The notes: generated by a model from the letters alone, not told the origin. A stretch of DNA of 64,000 nucleotides from Myxococcota bacterium (GCA_040386535.1 JAZKFH010000019.1:64001-128000); one strand, 5' to 3'; positions 49,486 through 58,729 are shown, numbered from the stretch's first letter. Translations and numbers: made by a program.

Positions 49486-50751
49486 ATGTCCATGCTGCTC
49501 GCGCTCGCCGCCCTGTCGCTCGCTCCTTCTGTCGCTCTCGCGGGCACCGAGAACGTCGATGACGCGCCGGCCGTGCCGGTCGAAGACACGGTGGCCGAAG
49601 AGCCCGCGCCCGCGGACATGGAGAGGAGCCGCAGGCCGAGGGGCGGCGGGCGGCGGGGAGGCCAGGGAGGCGGGGAGGGCGCCGAGCAGCGCCGTGATCC
49701 GGGGCCCGACGGCGAGGGCCGCCACCGCGACCGCCCCGAGGGCATCTGGGCGCACATCCGCCCCGTCGGCCTCGCCCAGGTGTGGGTCACCGCGTGGGAC
49801 ATGGACGAGGATCCCGTCGCGGACGCCTCCGGCTACGGAGACCCGGAAGACGACGTGGGCTTCAAGCTCAAGCGCTTCCGCCTGGGCCTCGCCGGAGAGG
49901 AGAAGGGGCTGGACTGGGCCCTCGTGGTCGGATTGACCGCTCCCTACGACGGGTTTGACGAGCAGGACGGGAGCATCGAGATCGTGGACGCGCATGTCGG
50001 CTACCGCTGGAAGGGCCTCGGGGTGAAGGTCGGCCGCGACGAGGTGCCGTTCTCCCGCGACCGCATGATCTCCTCCGCGGAGCAGACCTTCACCGAGCGC
50101 GGCATGATCGCGGAGCACGTCGCGCCGGGCCGCGAGCTCGGCGCCACCGTGTTCGCCCAGCGCTGGGGCGCCAAGATCACGCTCGGCGTGTTCAACAGCG
50201 GCGGCTCCGGCGCGGCCGACAACCTGTTCGGGGACGACAACCTCGGCAAGACCTTCCTCGGGCGGCTGGAGTTCAGCCGTGGGGACGCGGACGTGTACGA
50301 GACCTGGGGCGGCTCGCGGAAGCTCTCCTTCGGTGTGGGCGTGGGCGGCTTCCTCACGGACGACGTGGCGACGGCCACCCAGGCGCTCGGCGCCGACGCG
50401 ATCGTGCGCGTGGCGGGCCTCACCGTGCTCGTCGACGCCGCGCTCGCCGACGTGTCGCCCACCAACTCCGACCTCGCCGTGCCGGGCGTGTGGAGCCAGA
50501 CGACGCGCCGCGGCCTGACGGGCCAGGTCGGCTACGGCATCGGCGCCTTCGAGCCGGCGGTCAAGGTGAGCTTCTACGAGGACTCGTCCGTGGGCGGCTA
50601 CTCGACGCTGCTCGGCGGCGTGGTGTGGCACGGCGGCCTGGACGACCGCGGCCGGGACCGCGTGCGCATCGGCGCCGGCTACGTGCTCCGCTTGGAGGAG
50701 GACACCATCGCCAACGACTCGGTCCGCCTGTGGGCGCAGGTTCGGCCGTGA
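49486..50751 (+). CDS. Outer-membrane porin (OprO/P-like)
   Basis: Signal peptide, GFKLKRFRLG, IVDAHV, GRDEVPFSR, GRELGA, alternating beta strands. Alternative start 49492. Confidence 0.7.
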   Translation: MSMLLALAALSLAPSVALAGTENVDDAPAVPVEDTVAEEPAPADMERSRRPRGGGRRGGQGGGEGAEQRRDPGPDGEGRHRDRPEGIWAHIRPVGLAQVWVTAWDMDEDPVADASGYGDPEDDVGFKLKRFRLGLAGEEKGLDWALVVGLTAPYDGFDEQDGSIEIVDAHVGYRWKGLGVKVGRDEVPFSRDRMISSAEQTFTERGMIAEHVAPGRELGATVFAQRWGAKITLGVFNSGGSGAADNLFGDDNLGKTFLGRLEFSRGDADVYETWGGSRKLSFGVGVGGFLTDDVATATQALGADAIVRVAGLTVLVDAALADVSPTNSDLAVPGVWSQTTRRGLTGQVGYGIGAFEPAVKVSFYEDSSVGGYSTLLGGVVWHGGLDDRGRDRVRIGAGYVLRLEEDTIANDSVRLWAQVRP

Positions 50752-50800
50752 CCGGGGCCGCCATGACCGCGGCGCCCGGGGCGGCCAGGATGGAGCAGGC

Positions 50801-51127
50801 ATGAGGATCCGGGGCATCCAGGAGCTTCCCGAACCCACGTTCCGGACGGTCGACGATGCCTGGGTGAGCCTCGACTCGGTCATCGAGCGGGTGTGCGCGG
50901 CGCTGCGGGGAGACGTGAGCCCCGTGGTCGCCAAGTGCACGATCCAGCTCGCACGCCACGCCGCCGATCAGCTCGATCGGGTCGAGATCGGCGCCCTCGC
51001 GACGGACGTGTGCTTCGCGCTGCGGGGCGAGCGCATCGTCGTGACGCCCATCGTGGTGCAGGCGATCCTGATGGCCTACGCGAGCGAGGTCGCGCGGCTC
51101 GAGGTGGTCCAGGTCGAGGAGGGGTAG
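50801..51127 (+). CDS. Hypothetical protein (108 aa)
   Basis: GGAG upstream, normal codon pattern, fills the intergenic space. Confidence 0.6.
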   Translation: MRIRGIQELPEPTFRTVDDAWVSLDSVIERVCAALRGDVSPVVAKCTIQLARHAADQLDRVEIGALATDVCFALRGERIVVTPIVVQAILMAYASEVARLEVVQVEEG

Positions 51128-51137
51128 GTTCGCCCGC

Positions 51138-51192
51138 GGCCTTGCGGCACGACCCCCGGCCTACGGCACGACCCCGGGCCTACGGCGCGACC
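51138..51192. repeat. Three ~19-bp tandem units overlapping the kinase stop codon
   Basis: GGCCTTGCGGCACGACCCCC / GGCCTACGGCACGACCCCG / GGCCTACGGCGCGACC. Confidence 0.7.
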
Positions 51193-52934
51193 GCCACCTT
51201 TCGGGGAGAGGTGGCCGAGCCTTCCTTGAGCGTCACGTCGCCCTTGGTGGCCGAGATGAAGTAGGCGACGCCCCCGGCCATGGCCTCGGTCGCCTTGACC
51301 GAGGTGGTGTAGGTGCCGCCCGCGCCCTTCATCGGGTTCGCGTCGAACGCGCCGCCGGAGGCGGGCCGGTAGTAGAGCTTGACCGCCCACCCGGCGTCGG
51401 GAAGCGTGACCGAGAAGGGGATCGCGTCCCCCACCTTCGCGGGGCCGGGCGACGTGTGGTCCAGCCCGGTCTTCTTGGTGGGGGTGGGCTCCGTGGCCGT
51501 CGGGGTGACGGGGGCCTCCGGGGGCGGCTCGGGGGTGGTGACGACCACCGCGGCCGTCTTGACCGTCTTGCCGTTCGTCGACGCCTTGGTGCTCGTGCCA
51601 GTGCCGCTCACGGGGGCGCTCACGACGGCGACGGGCTCCGTCGCCACAACCGGCACCGGATCGGCCACGACCGGATCGGGCACGGGGACGACGACTTCGG
51701 GCGGCGTGACCACGGCGATCGGCTCGGGCGGAGGGACGGCGCCCGGGGCCGTGACGATGAGGTACCCGACGCCCAACGCCGTGACGACGAGGGCGAAGAA
51801 GACCGCGGCCGCCGCGAGCACCCACGGGAGGGCGGAGCGGGGCGGGTCCTTGCTCAAGGTGTCGTTGGTGCGTGACGACAGCACCGGCTGTGCGTTCCGC
51901 GACGCGGCCGGAGACACGACGATCGGCGCCGCCACGATGGCCTCGGCGGGGCCCTCTCCCACGTCGGGCACCATGGTGCCGACGGGGTCGTGCGTGACGT
52001 TGTCGCCCGGGCTGCTCTGCACCTCGGACGCGAACTGTTGCATCGTGTCCATCGGCTTGCCCTGGCGCTCGAGCGTGTGCCCGACGAGCGGCACGGTGAG
52101 CTCGGGATCGTCGGGCAGCATGGACACGAGCGCGCGCAAGGACTCGGCCATGGCGCGGGCGGAGAGGTAGCGATCCTCGCGGCGGTAGCGGGTGGCGCGC
52201 TTGATGACCTCGGCGAGCTCCTCCGGCAGGTCCGCGAGCATGCCGGGCTCGGCCTCGGCCATGAAGAGCTCGGGGGGAGTCTCCCCGCGCAGGAGCGACC
52301 ACAACGTGGCGCCGACCGAGTAGACGTCGGCCCGCACGTCGACCTGCTTGGCGTTGGTCTTCTGCTCGGGGGCCATGAAACCCCACGTGCCCATGATCGC
52401 GCCCGTACGCGTCATCCCGTCGCCGCTGTCCGTCTGCACCTGGGCGATGCCGAAGTCGGTCACCCGGATCTCGCCCGTGCGCGTGAGGAGGATGTTGTGC
52501 GGCTTGATGTCGCGGTGGATCACGCCGGCGTCGTGGGCGGCCTGGAGGCTCTCGCAGATCTGGATGGTGGCCTCTGCCGCCATGCGCGGGGGGAGGGGGC
52601 CGAAGTCCCGCACCCGGTCGAGCAGGGAGCCGCCCTCGATCAGCTCCATCACGATGTAGACGCGATCGCCGTCCTCCCCCGTGTCGAAGATCCGCACGAC
52701 GCGGCTCTCCTCGAGGTTCGCCATGGTCTGCGCCTCGGCCAGGAAGCGCTTGCGGAGCGCGGGGCGTTGGGCGAGCGCGGGGGAGAGCACCTTGACCGCG
52801 CGGGGGCGCTGGAGCCGAAGGTCGAAGGCCCGGTACACCGTGGCCATTCCGCCCTCCCCGATGACCTCGAGGAGCCGAAAACGCCCCTCGGCGAGGCTCT
52901 CGTGGTTCGGGGTCGCGGGCGTGGCGGTCGGCAT
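51180..52934 (-). CDS. Membrane-anchored Hanks-type Ser/Thr protein kinase
   Basis: IGEGGMATVY, AVK, HRDIKPHN, DFG, APE, then a TM helix, Pro/Thr linker and C-terminal beta domain. Confidence 0.95.
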   Translation of the reverse strand: MPTATPATPNHESLAEGRFRLLEVIGEGGMATVYRAFDLRLQRPRAVKVLSPALAQRPALRKRFLAEAQTMANLEESRVVRIFDTGEDGDRVYIVMELIEGGSLLDRVRDFGPLPPRMAAEATIQICESLQAAHDAGVIHRDIKPHNILLTRTGEIRVTDFGIAQVQTDSGDGMTRTGAIMGTWGFMAPEQKTNAKQVDVRADVYSVGATLWSLLRGETPPELFMAEAEPGMLADLPEELAEVIKRATRYRREDRYLSARAMAESLRALVSMLPDDPELTVPLVGHTLERQGKPMDTMQQFASEVQSSPGDNVTHDPVGTMVPDVGEGPAEAIVAAPIVVSPAASRNAQPVLSSRTNDTLSKDPPRSALPWVLAAAAVFFALVVTALGVGYLIVTAPGAVPPPEPIAVVTPPEVVVPVPDPVVADPVPVVATEPVAVVSAPVSGTGTSTKASTNGKTVKTAAVVVTTPEPPPEAPVTPTATEPTPTKKTGLDHTSPGPAKVGDAIPFSVTLPDAGWAVKLYYRPASGGAFDANPMKGAGGTYTTSVKATEAMAGGVAYFISATKGDVTLKEGSATSPRKVAVAP

Positions 52935-52983
52935 TCGGCCCTTTCCTACCATGAGTTCGGGGGGCATTGTCGCGCGTCGGGGT

Positions 52984-53472
52984 TCAGGATCGCGTGAGGA
53001 GGCGCTCCGTCAAGGCGTCGAGCTTGAGCGCGAAGGCCCGGGCGCGCTCCGGGCCGAACGTGCTCGGGCCGAGGCCCGCCACGCGCTCGTCGTATCGCGC
53101 GATCATCGCGGGGAGGTCGGCCACGTCGAGCAGCACCAGCACCCTGTCGGCGATCTTACGTGCGAAGCGCACCTGGTGGTCGTCCACGTGTTCGCCGAAC
53201 GCAGACTGGCGCGGCACGACGATCGGCACCTTGCCGTGGGAGAGCGCCTGCATGATCGAGGCAGGACCGCCGTGGGTGACGACGATGCGGGCCTCCTTCA
53301 TCGAAGCCTGGATGCGCGCGAACGGCATCATCGACTCGGCGGTGCAGCGCGTGGGCACGTAGGTCGAGTAGCCGCTCTGGATCAGCACCGGCTCGTCACC
53401 GGGGAGCGTGTCGAGCGCACGCAGGAGGCGATCGAACGGGTCTTCGTGCGTGCCGACGGTGCAGAAGATCAC
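52984..53472 (-). CDS. pssE: PssE/Cps14G-like (Alg13-type) glycosyltransferase subunit
   Basis: MIFCTVGTHEDPFDRL, VTHGGPAS, VPR...GEHVDDHQ. Confidence 0.85.
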   Translation of the reverse strand: MIFCTVGTHEDPFDRLLRALDTLPGDEPVLIQSGYSTYVPTRCTAESMMPFARIQASMKEARIVVTHGGPASIMQALSHGKVPIVVPRQSAFGEHVDDHQVRFARKIADRVLVLLDVADLPAMIARYDERVAGLGPSTFGPERARAFALKLDALTERLLTRS

Positions 53473-53485
53473 GCGGGGCGCCGCA

Positions 53486-53950
53486 TCAGAGCACCGCGCC
53501 GAGGTTCTCGGCGTCGGGATAAAACGCGCGTTGGTCCTCCCACTGGATGACCATCTTGTCGAGCACGGGCGCGACGAGGCGGGCGGTCAGGGTGGGGGAG
53601 TCGATGCGGTCGTACACCTCGATGTAGACGGTCTTGCAGCCGAAAACGAGCTTGCCGATCCAGAAGAAGGGCACCGCGAGCCCGGCCCCGTTGGACACGA
53701 TGAGCTCAGGCCGCTCCTTCGCCAGGATGCGCAGCGCGAGCAGGCCGTTGCGGATCGTGTTGCGCACGTTCCGGTTGGTCGGGTGGTGGCCGAAGTAGAC
53801 GCGCTCACCCTCCAGGAGCGAGGTGGCATCGGGCTTGTCGAACGTGACCCAGAAGCGCTCGTGCTGGGTCCACCACGCGTCGAGGCAGTGGAGCTGGGCG
53901 AGGTGCCCGCCCGACGAGCACACGATGCACACACGGTGGGGTCGCGACAT
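53486..53950 (-). CDS. pssD: PssD/Cps14F-like (Alg14-type) glycosyltransferase subunit
   Basis: CSSGGHLAQL, FWVTF, SNGAGLAVPF, YIE..R...P, QW. Confidence 0.85.
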   Translation of the reverse strand: MSRPHRVCIVCSSGGHLAQLHCLDAWWTQHERFWVTFDKPDATSLLEGERVYFGHHPTNRNVRNTIRNGLLALRILAKERPELIVSNGAGLAVPFFWIGKLVFGCKTVYIEVYDRIDSPTLTARLVAPVLDKMVIQWEDQRAFYPDAENLGAVL

Positions 53951-53990
53951 CCTGCCCCCTATAGCAAGACGGGCGGGCTAAGACACCGGC

Positions 53991-55493
53991 GTGAGCCAGG
54001 ACGTCAAAGCCATCGCCCGGGGCACCGGCCTGCTCTTGCCGGCCACGCTGGCGGGAAACCTGCTCCTGCTCCTGCTCGACCAGTACGTCAACGGGGTGCT
54101 CGGCACCGCCGACTACGGGCTGTTCGGCGCCATCAAGCGCGTGCTTCAGCTCGTCGGCTTCGTGGTGTTGCTCGGGATGGAGAACGCGGTGATCCGCTTC
54201 GTCGCGACCGCGAGCACGCCCGAGGCGGCGCGGGGGGCGGTGCGTCACGCGCTGCTCGGCACGCTCGCGGCCTCCGGGGCGGCGGCGCTGCTGCTCATCG
54301 CGTTGGCGGGTCCGTTCGCCGCCTGGGTCGACCCCGCGCCGGGCACCGCGGAGGCTTTGCGGATCGGGGCGCTCTCGCTGCCGTTCGCGGCGGTGCGGAT
54401 GGTCGCGGTGAGCGCGAGCCAGGGCTGGAAGGTCGTGACGCACCGTGCGCTCGTGATGTTCCTCGCCTGGCCGATCGCGCAGTTCGTCGGGATCGCGGCG
54501 CTCGCGCACGGGCTGGGGCTCGGCATTCGCGGCGTGATGATCGCGTACGTGGCGGCGATGGCGCTCGGCGCCGCGCTCGCGGTGGGGTTCCTCTGGCGAC
54601 TCCGGAGTGACGTGCTGCGGCCGGCGGCACCGGCGGCGGTCGCCGGCGTGGGCTTCGTGGCGCTGATGGGGTTCGCCTGGCCGATGTGGATCCAGGGCGT
54701 CGTCATGGGCCTGTACACGTGGCTCGACCAGGTGCTGCTCGCGAGCCTGCGGAGCACGACCGAGGCCGGCATCTACGGGCCTGTCGCCACGCTCGCGCCG
54801 CTGTTCGGCGTCGGCCTGGGCGCGCTGAACGGCATGTTCGCGCCCATCATCGCGGAGCGGCGCCTCGCGGGCGACATGGCGGGGCTCCAGGGCCTCTACC
54901 GCACGGTCACGCGCTGGGCCGTGGCGCTCGCGATCCCGCCGCTCGTCGTGTGCGCGGTGTTGCCCGGCGCGGTGCTCGGGCTCTGGCCCAACGGCTCGCT
55001 CGAGGCGGTCGACGCGCTGCGGATCACGTGCGCCGCCCAGTTGCTCTGCACCGGCGTCGGGAGCGTGAACTACCTGCTCATCATGGCCGGTCACCAGCGC
55101 GCGACCCTCTACAACGGCATCCCCGCCGTGCTCCTGAACCTCGGCCTCTCCTTCGCGCTGATCCCCGTCCTCGGCGTCACCGGCGCGGCGATCGCCAACG
55201 GCGTCGCGACGATCGCGGCGAACGGGATCGGCGCGTGGCAGGTGCACGCCGCGCTCGGCATCCACCCCTTCGACCGCGCGTTCCTCCGGCCGTTGATCGC
55301 GGCGCTTCCGTGCGCGGCGGTGGCGTGGTTGGTCGGACATTGGGTTCAGGCGCCGCCCCTGGTCGTCGTCGCGATCGCGGGCACCGCCGCGGGCGTCGTG
55401 TTCCTCCTGGCGCTCCGCGCCCTCGGCCTCGACGCGGACGATCGGCTCGTGGTCGACGCGATCGTGGCGAAAGTGCGGCGCCGGGCGGCCTGA
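53991..55493 (+). CDS. wzx: Polysaccharide flippase (Wzx/MOP family)
   Basis: Many TM helices, LGTADYG, DQVLL, AGIYG, LIPVLGVTGAAIA. Confidence 0.88.
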   Translation: MSQDVKAIARGTGLLLPATLAGNLLLLLLDQYVNGVLGTADYGLFGAIKRVLQLVGFVVLLGMENAVIRFVATASTPEAARGAVRHALLGTLAASGAAALLLIALAGPFAAWVDPAPGTAEALRIGALSLPFAAVRMVAVSASQGWKVVTHRALVMFLAWPIAQFVGIAALAHGLGLGIRGVMIAYVAAMALGAALAVGFLWRLRSDVLRPAAPAAVAGVGFVALMGFAWPMWIQGVVMGLYTWLDQVLLASLRSTTEAGIYGPVATLAPLFGVGLGALNGMFAPIIAERRLAGDMAGLQGLYRTVTRWAVALAIPPLVVCAVLPGAVLGLWPNGSLEAVDALRITCAAQLLCTGVGSVNYLLIMAGHQRATLYNGIPAVLLNLGLSFALIPVLGVTGAAIANGVATIAANGIGAWQVHAALGIHPFDRAFLRPLIAALPCAAVAWLVGHWVQAPPLVVVAIAGTAAGVVFLLALRALGLDADDRLVVDAIVAKVRRRAA

Positions 55494-55589
55494 TCCCCGC
55501 GGCGCCGTCGGCTGCTCCGGCGCGGTCCGTCCCCCTTTTTTGCAGGCGGACCACTCCCAGCGTGTCACGATGCGCCCATCCCGGAGCTC

Positions 55590-57062
55590 GTGATGATCCT
55601 CCTCCTCGTGTCCGCGGCGAGCGCCACGGTGCCGCCGTTCACCTGCCCGTCCGTGGCCTCGCCGCCCGACGCACGGGCGTACTACGACACGAGCCCCACC
55701 GCCGCCGTGAACACGGCGTGGGACGAGGTTTACGCGTGGTTCGACGAAAGTTGTGTCGTGTCCTGCGCGGTGACGTGGGAGGGGACCTGCGAGTCCGCCA
55801 GCTGCGTGACGGCGGCGGGCGCGACGCTCACGTGGGAGGAGACGTACGAGGAGGGGGGCGACGGCGAGTCCTCCAGCGAGACGACGAGGCGGACGCTCGA
55901 GGTCCTCCCGCCCGCTTCGGCGGGCCTCGCGTGGACCTCGGCGGCGATCGAGTGGGACGAGGGGACCGATCGATCTTCGTTCAGCTGGGGATCGTGGGAG
56001 TCGGCCACGCTCTCGTGGACCGGCTCGCTCCAGGCGGAGTGGCCCGCGGACGGCTGGTTCGAGGCTGGACAGAGCGCGGACGACTACTCGGGCTCGTTCA
56101 CCAACTCGGAGGGGAGCACCTGGCATTGGTCCTCCGACGCCTGTGAGTGGTCGGTCAGCGAGAATTGGGACGTCGAGATTGGCACGGCGATCGAGGTCGC
56201 GGTGAACACCGAGCCGCTCGTCGAGGTCATCTCCTCCTACGAGTACTGGATGCACGCCGCGTGCGACTCGGAGGCCTACGGCACGTGGCGCGGCTACACC
56301 GACGGCGCCCTCTACGGCAACGTCGACGAGACGACCTGGGAGCGCAGCGGCGACGCCGACGGCGACGGCTTCTCCACCGACGACTGCGACGACACCGATG
56401 CCGCCGTGAACCCGTGCGCCACGGAGGTGGCCCTGGACGGGGTCGACTCCAATTGTGACGGCGCCGAGGACGCCGATGGCGACGGGGACGCCGACGGCGA
56501 CGGCGGGGTGGACGTGGCCGACGGAGGGGACGACTGCGACGACGGCGACCCGACGATCTACGCCGGCGCCCCCGAGGTGCCCTCCGACGGGATCGACCAG
56601 GACTGCGACGGCGTGGACCTCGTCGCCGCGGATCCGGACGCGGACGGCGACGGCGCCGACGCCCTCGCGGCTGGTGGCGACGACTGCGACGACACCGATC
56701 CCGCCGTGTACGTGGGCGCGGCGGAGGTCGCGTACGACGGGATCGACCAGGACTGCGACGGCGCGGACCTGACCGACGTGGACGCGGACGGCGCGGACGC
56801 GCTCGCAGCCGGCGGTGACGACTGCGACGACGCGAACGCCGCCGCGTTCGTGGGCGCCGTCGAGGTCGAGTGCGACGAGGTGGACCAGAACTGCGACGGC
56901 GTAGACGACTGCCCGCCGTTCGACCCCGAGCCTACCGACGAGGATGACGACGAGGACGAGGATGAGGACGAGGACGAGGTTGGTTGTGGCGGAGGCGCGG
57001 CGCTCCTCCTGTTCCCTGGCTTGGCGCTCCTGGGCGTGTCCCGGCGGCGTTCGCGGGGATGA
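55590..57062 (+). CDS. Secreted acidic protein with DCDD metal-binding repeats and a C-terminal anchor
   Basis: Four DADG..DCDD....(A)xE...D.(ID)Q/SxCDG repeats, an ED run, then GC-TM-RRR. Confidence 0.85.
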   Translation: MMILLLVSAASATVPPFTCPSVASPPDARAYYDTSPTAAVNTAWDEVYAWFDESCVVSCAVTWEGTCESASCVTAAGATLTWEETYEEGGDGESSSETTRRTLEVLPPASAGLAWTSAAIEWDEGTDRSSFSWGSWESATLSWTGSLQAEWPADGWFEAGQSADDYSGSFTNSEGSTWHWSSDACEWSVSENWDVEIGTAIEVAVNTEPLVEVISSYEYWMHAACDSEAYGTWRGYTDGALYGNVDETTWERSGDADGDGFSTDDCDDTDAAVNPCATEVALDGVDSNCDGAEDADGDGDADGDGGVDVADGGDDCDDGDPTIYAGAPEVPSDGIDQDCDGVDLVAADPDADGDGADALAAGGDDCDDTDPAVYVGAAEVAYDGIDQDCDGADLTDVDADGADALAAGGDDCDDANAAAFVGAVEVECDEVDQNCDGVDDCPPFDPEPTDEDDDEDEDEDEDEVGCGGGAALLLFPGLALLGVSRRRSRG

Positions 57063-57083
57063 GCGTGGGGGGCTGACGCTAAA

Positions 57084-58319
57084 TCAGGCGATGCGGGCAA
57101 GGGTGGCCGCCACGCGCTTCGAGGAGGCCCGGCCGACGCCTGCGCCGGCCGCCACCGCCGGCCAGGTGCCGATCACGGCGCGGACCTCCTCCACGATCGC
57201 CTTCGCGTCACGCGCGGCGATGCCCACCCGCTCGGCGACCGTGAGCAGATGCGCCGCGGACGGGGCCCGGCCCTCTCCCGCGACGGTCATCCAGTGCTCG
57301 CCGCCCGGCCCTCCCGAGAAGGTCAAATCGTAGGCGGGGGCCAGCCGCCACGCCTTCGTCTCGTCGAGGAGGAACGCGAAGTTGCGGCTGTGGTCATCGC
57401 GATTGTGCGCGTACACGTTGAAGGCCGCACGCCGGTACATCTGCTCGACGGCGCGCTGATCCCGGGTGAGCCACCGCACCGCGCGGAGGAGCGCCTCGTA
57501 GTCCAGGCTCGGCACGCGGTGGTCGGCGTGGAGGAGGCCACACGCGCTGTGCAGGTGCACACGCGGGTTCCGATCGAAGCGTTCCGTCGCGAAGTAGCCG
57601 GGGGTGGTCGTGGTCCCCCCGACGAGCCAGGTGCGCGCGATGTCGATGCCTGCCGCCGCGGCCAGGCGGGCATAGGCGAGCTCGACCGCGCCCGTGTCCT
57701 CGGGATCCGCGCGGTTTCGGAACTTGACGAGGACGGGCAGGTACCCGGGCGGCGGATCCTTCGAGCCGACCGAGAGCGCGCCGTCCCCCGGGCGCATCGC
57801 CACGAGGACCTTGGGGTGCGCCCCGCCGGAGGAGCCCCCCAACGCGAGGAGCTCGGGGAAGACGCTCTCGGCGTCGCCCTCGAGCACGAGGCGGGCCTCC
57901 TCCGCGAGCATGAGCACGTCGACGGCGGAAGGGGGCGCGGACGCCTCCTCCCAGGCCGGCTCGTATACGAGAGCGCCCGCGCCCTGCTCGCCGACGAACG
58001 CCAGCCGGTCGAGCGGCGAGAGGGCGTGGCGCCCCACTCCCCGGCGGTCCATCTCGCGGTCGAGGAGCAGCCGCCCCCACCCGTCGGGAAGACTGTCGTC
58101 GAACACGCCGAAGAGCCCGTCGAAGAGGCCCTTCTTCGCCTCTTGCACGCCTGGTACCACGGGGAGATGGGCCGGCGAGATGGGAACGGGATCGGCGAGG
58201 AAGGTGGGGTCGTACTCGAAGAGGATCCGACGGTTCACGCGGGCCAGGCGACCGACCCGCCGCGCTTCGGGACCGAGGCGCAGGCCGACGTTCAGCACCG
58301 CGACGGGAACGAAGCTCAT
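57084..58319 (-). CDS. hipA: HipA-family kinase toxin
   Basis: N-terminal VFDDSLPDGWG, P-loop GGSSGGAHPK, ERFDR, catalytic HNRDDHSRNF, LAPAYDL. ATGA overlap with the upstream HTH gene. Confidence 0.93.
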   Translation of the reverse strand: MSFVPVAVLNVGLRLGPEARRVGRLARVNRRILFEYDPTFLADPVPISPAHLPVVPGVQEAKKGLFDGLFGVFDDSLPDGWGRLLLDREMDRRGVGRHALSPLDRLAFVGEQGAGALVYEPAWEEASAPPSAVDVLMLAEEARLVLEGDAESVFPELLALGGSSGGAHPKVLVAMRPGDGALSVGSKDPPPGYLPVLVKFRNRADPEDTGAVELAYARLAAAAGIDIARTWLVGGTTTTPGYFATERFDRNPRVHLHSACGLLHADHRVPSLDYEALLRAVRWLTRDQRAVEQMYRRAAFNVYAHNRDDHSRNFAFLLDETKAWRLAPAYDLTFSGGPGGEHWMTVAGEGRAPSAAHLLTVAERVGIAARDAKAIVEEVRAVIGTWPAVAAGAGVGRASSKRVAATLARIA

Positions 58320-58627
58320 TTCTTCCGCCCGCGCTGGCGGGCGGCCTTCGGGCCCGCCGCCGCGAGCGCCTCGTCGAGCGTGCGGAAGGGCGCGGCGGTG
58401 AACCAGGTCTCGAGCTCCGCGGTCGCGTCGAGCGCGACGGCGATCCGGACCAGCGCGACGAAGGAGATCTGCCCGGTGTGCTCGAAGCGCTTGAGCGTCG
58501 CGGTGCTCACGCCCGCCGCGCCTGCCAGGCCGACCTGGGACAAGTCGTTCGCCAGACGCCGGGCGCGCGCGCGATGCGCCACGGCGCGCGCGAGCTCCTC
58601 GGGGCTCGACATCATAGTAGGCAACAT
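58316..58627 (-). CDS. XRE/HTH antitoxin (HipB-like)
   Basis: RARRLANDLSQVGLAGAAGVSTATLKRFE HTH, directly upstream of hipA. Confidence 0.88.
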   Translation of the reverse strand: MLPTMMSSPEELARAVAHRARARRLANDLSQVGLAGAAGVSTATLKRFEHTGQISFVALVRIAVALDATAELETWFTAAPFRTLDEALAAAGPKAARQRGRKK

Positions 58628-58676
58628 GTGATCCCTTATCCGGGTTTTTGCCGGTCAGGGGATCACATGTGGTCTC
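58618..58676. promoter_or_regulatory. Paired palindromic operator of the hipBA-like module
   Basis: Perfect 12-bp inverted repeat ACATGTGATCCC (58624-58635) / GGGATCACATGT (58659-58670), overlapping the antitoxin start codon. Confidence 0.65.
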
Positions 58677-58729
58677 TTGTCCCGTGCGCGCCTCCACGAC
58701 CCCTCCGCGCTCCACGTTAGGGCGCCACG

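Noticed and set aside
55494..55551. Intrinsic terminator after wzx
   Set aside because: The T6 run is separated from an imperfect stem by about 10 nt, so it is not a convincing canonical terminator.
57063..58729. hipBA as part of a defined mobile element or defence island
   Set aside because: No transposase, integrase, att repeats or additional defence genes are visible.
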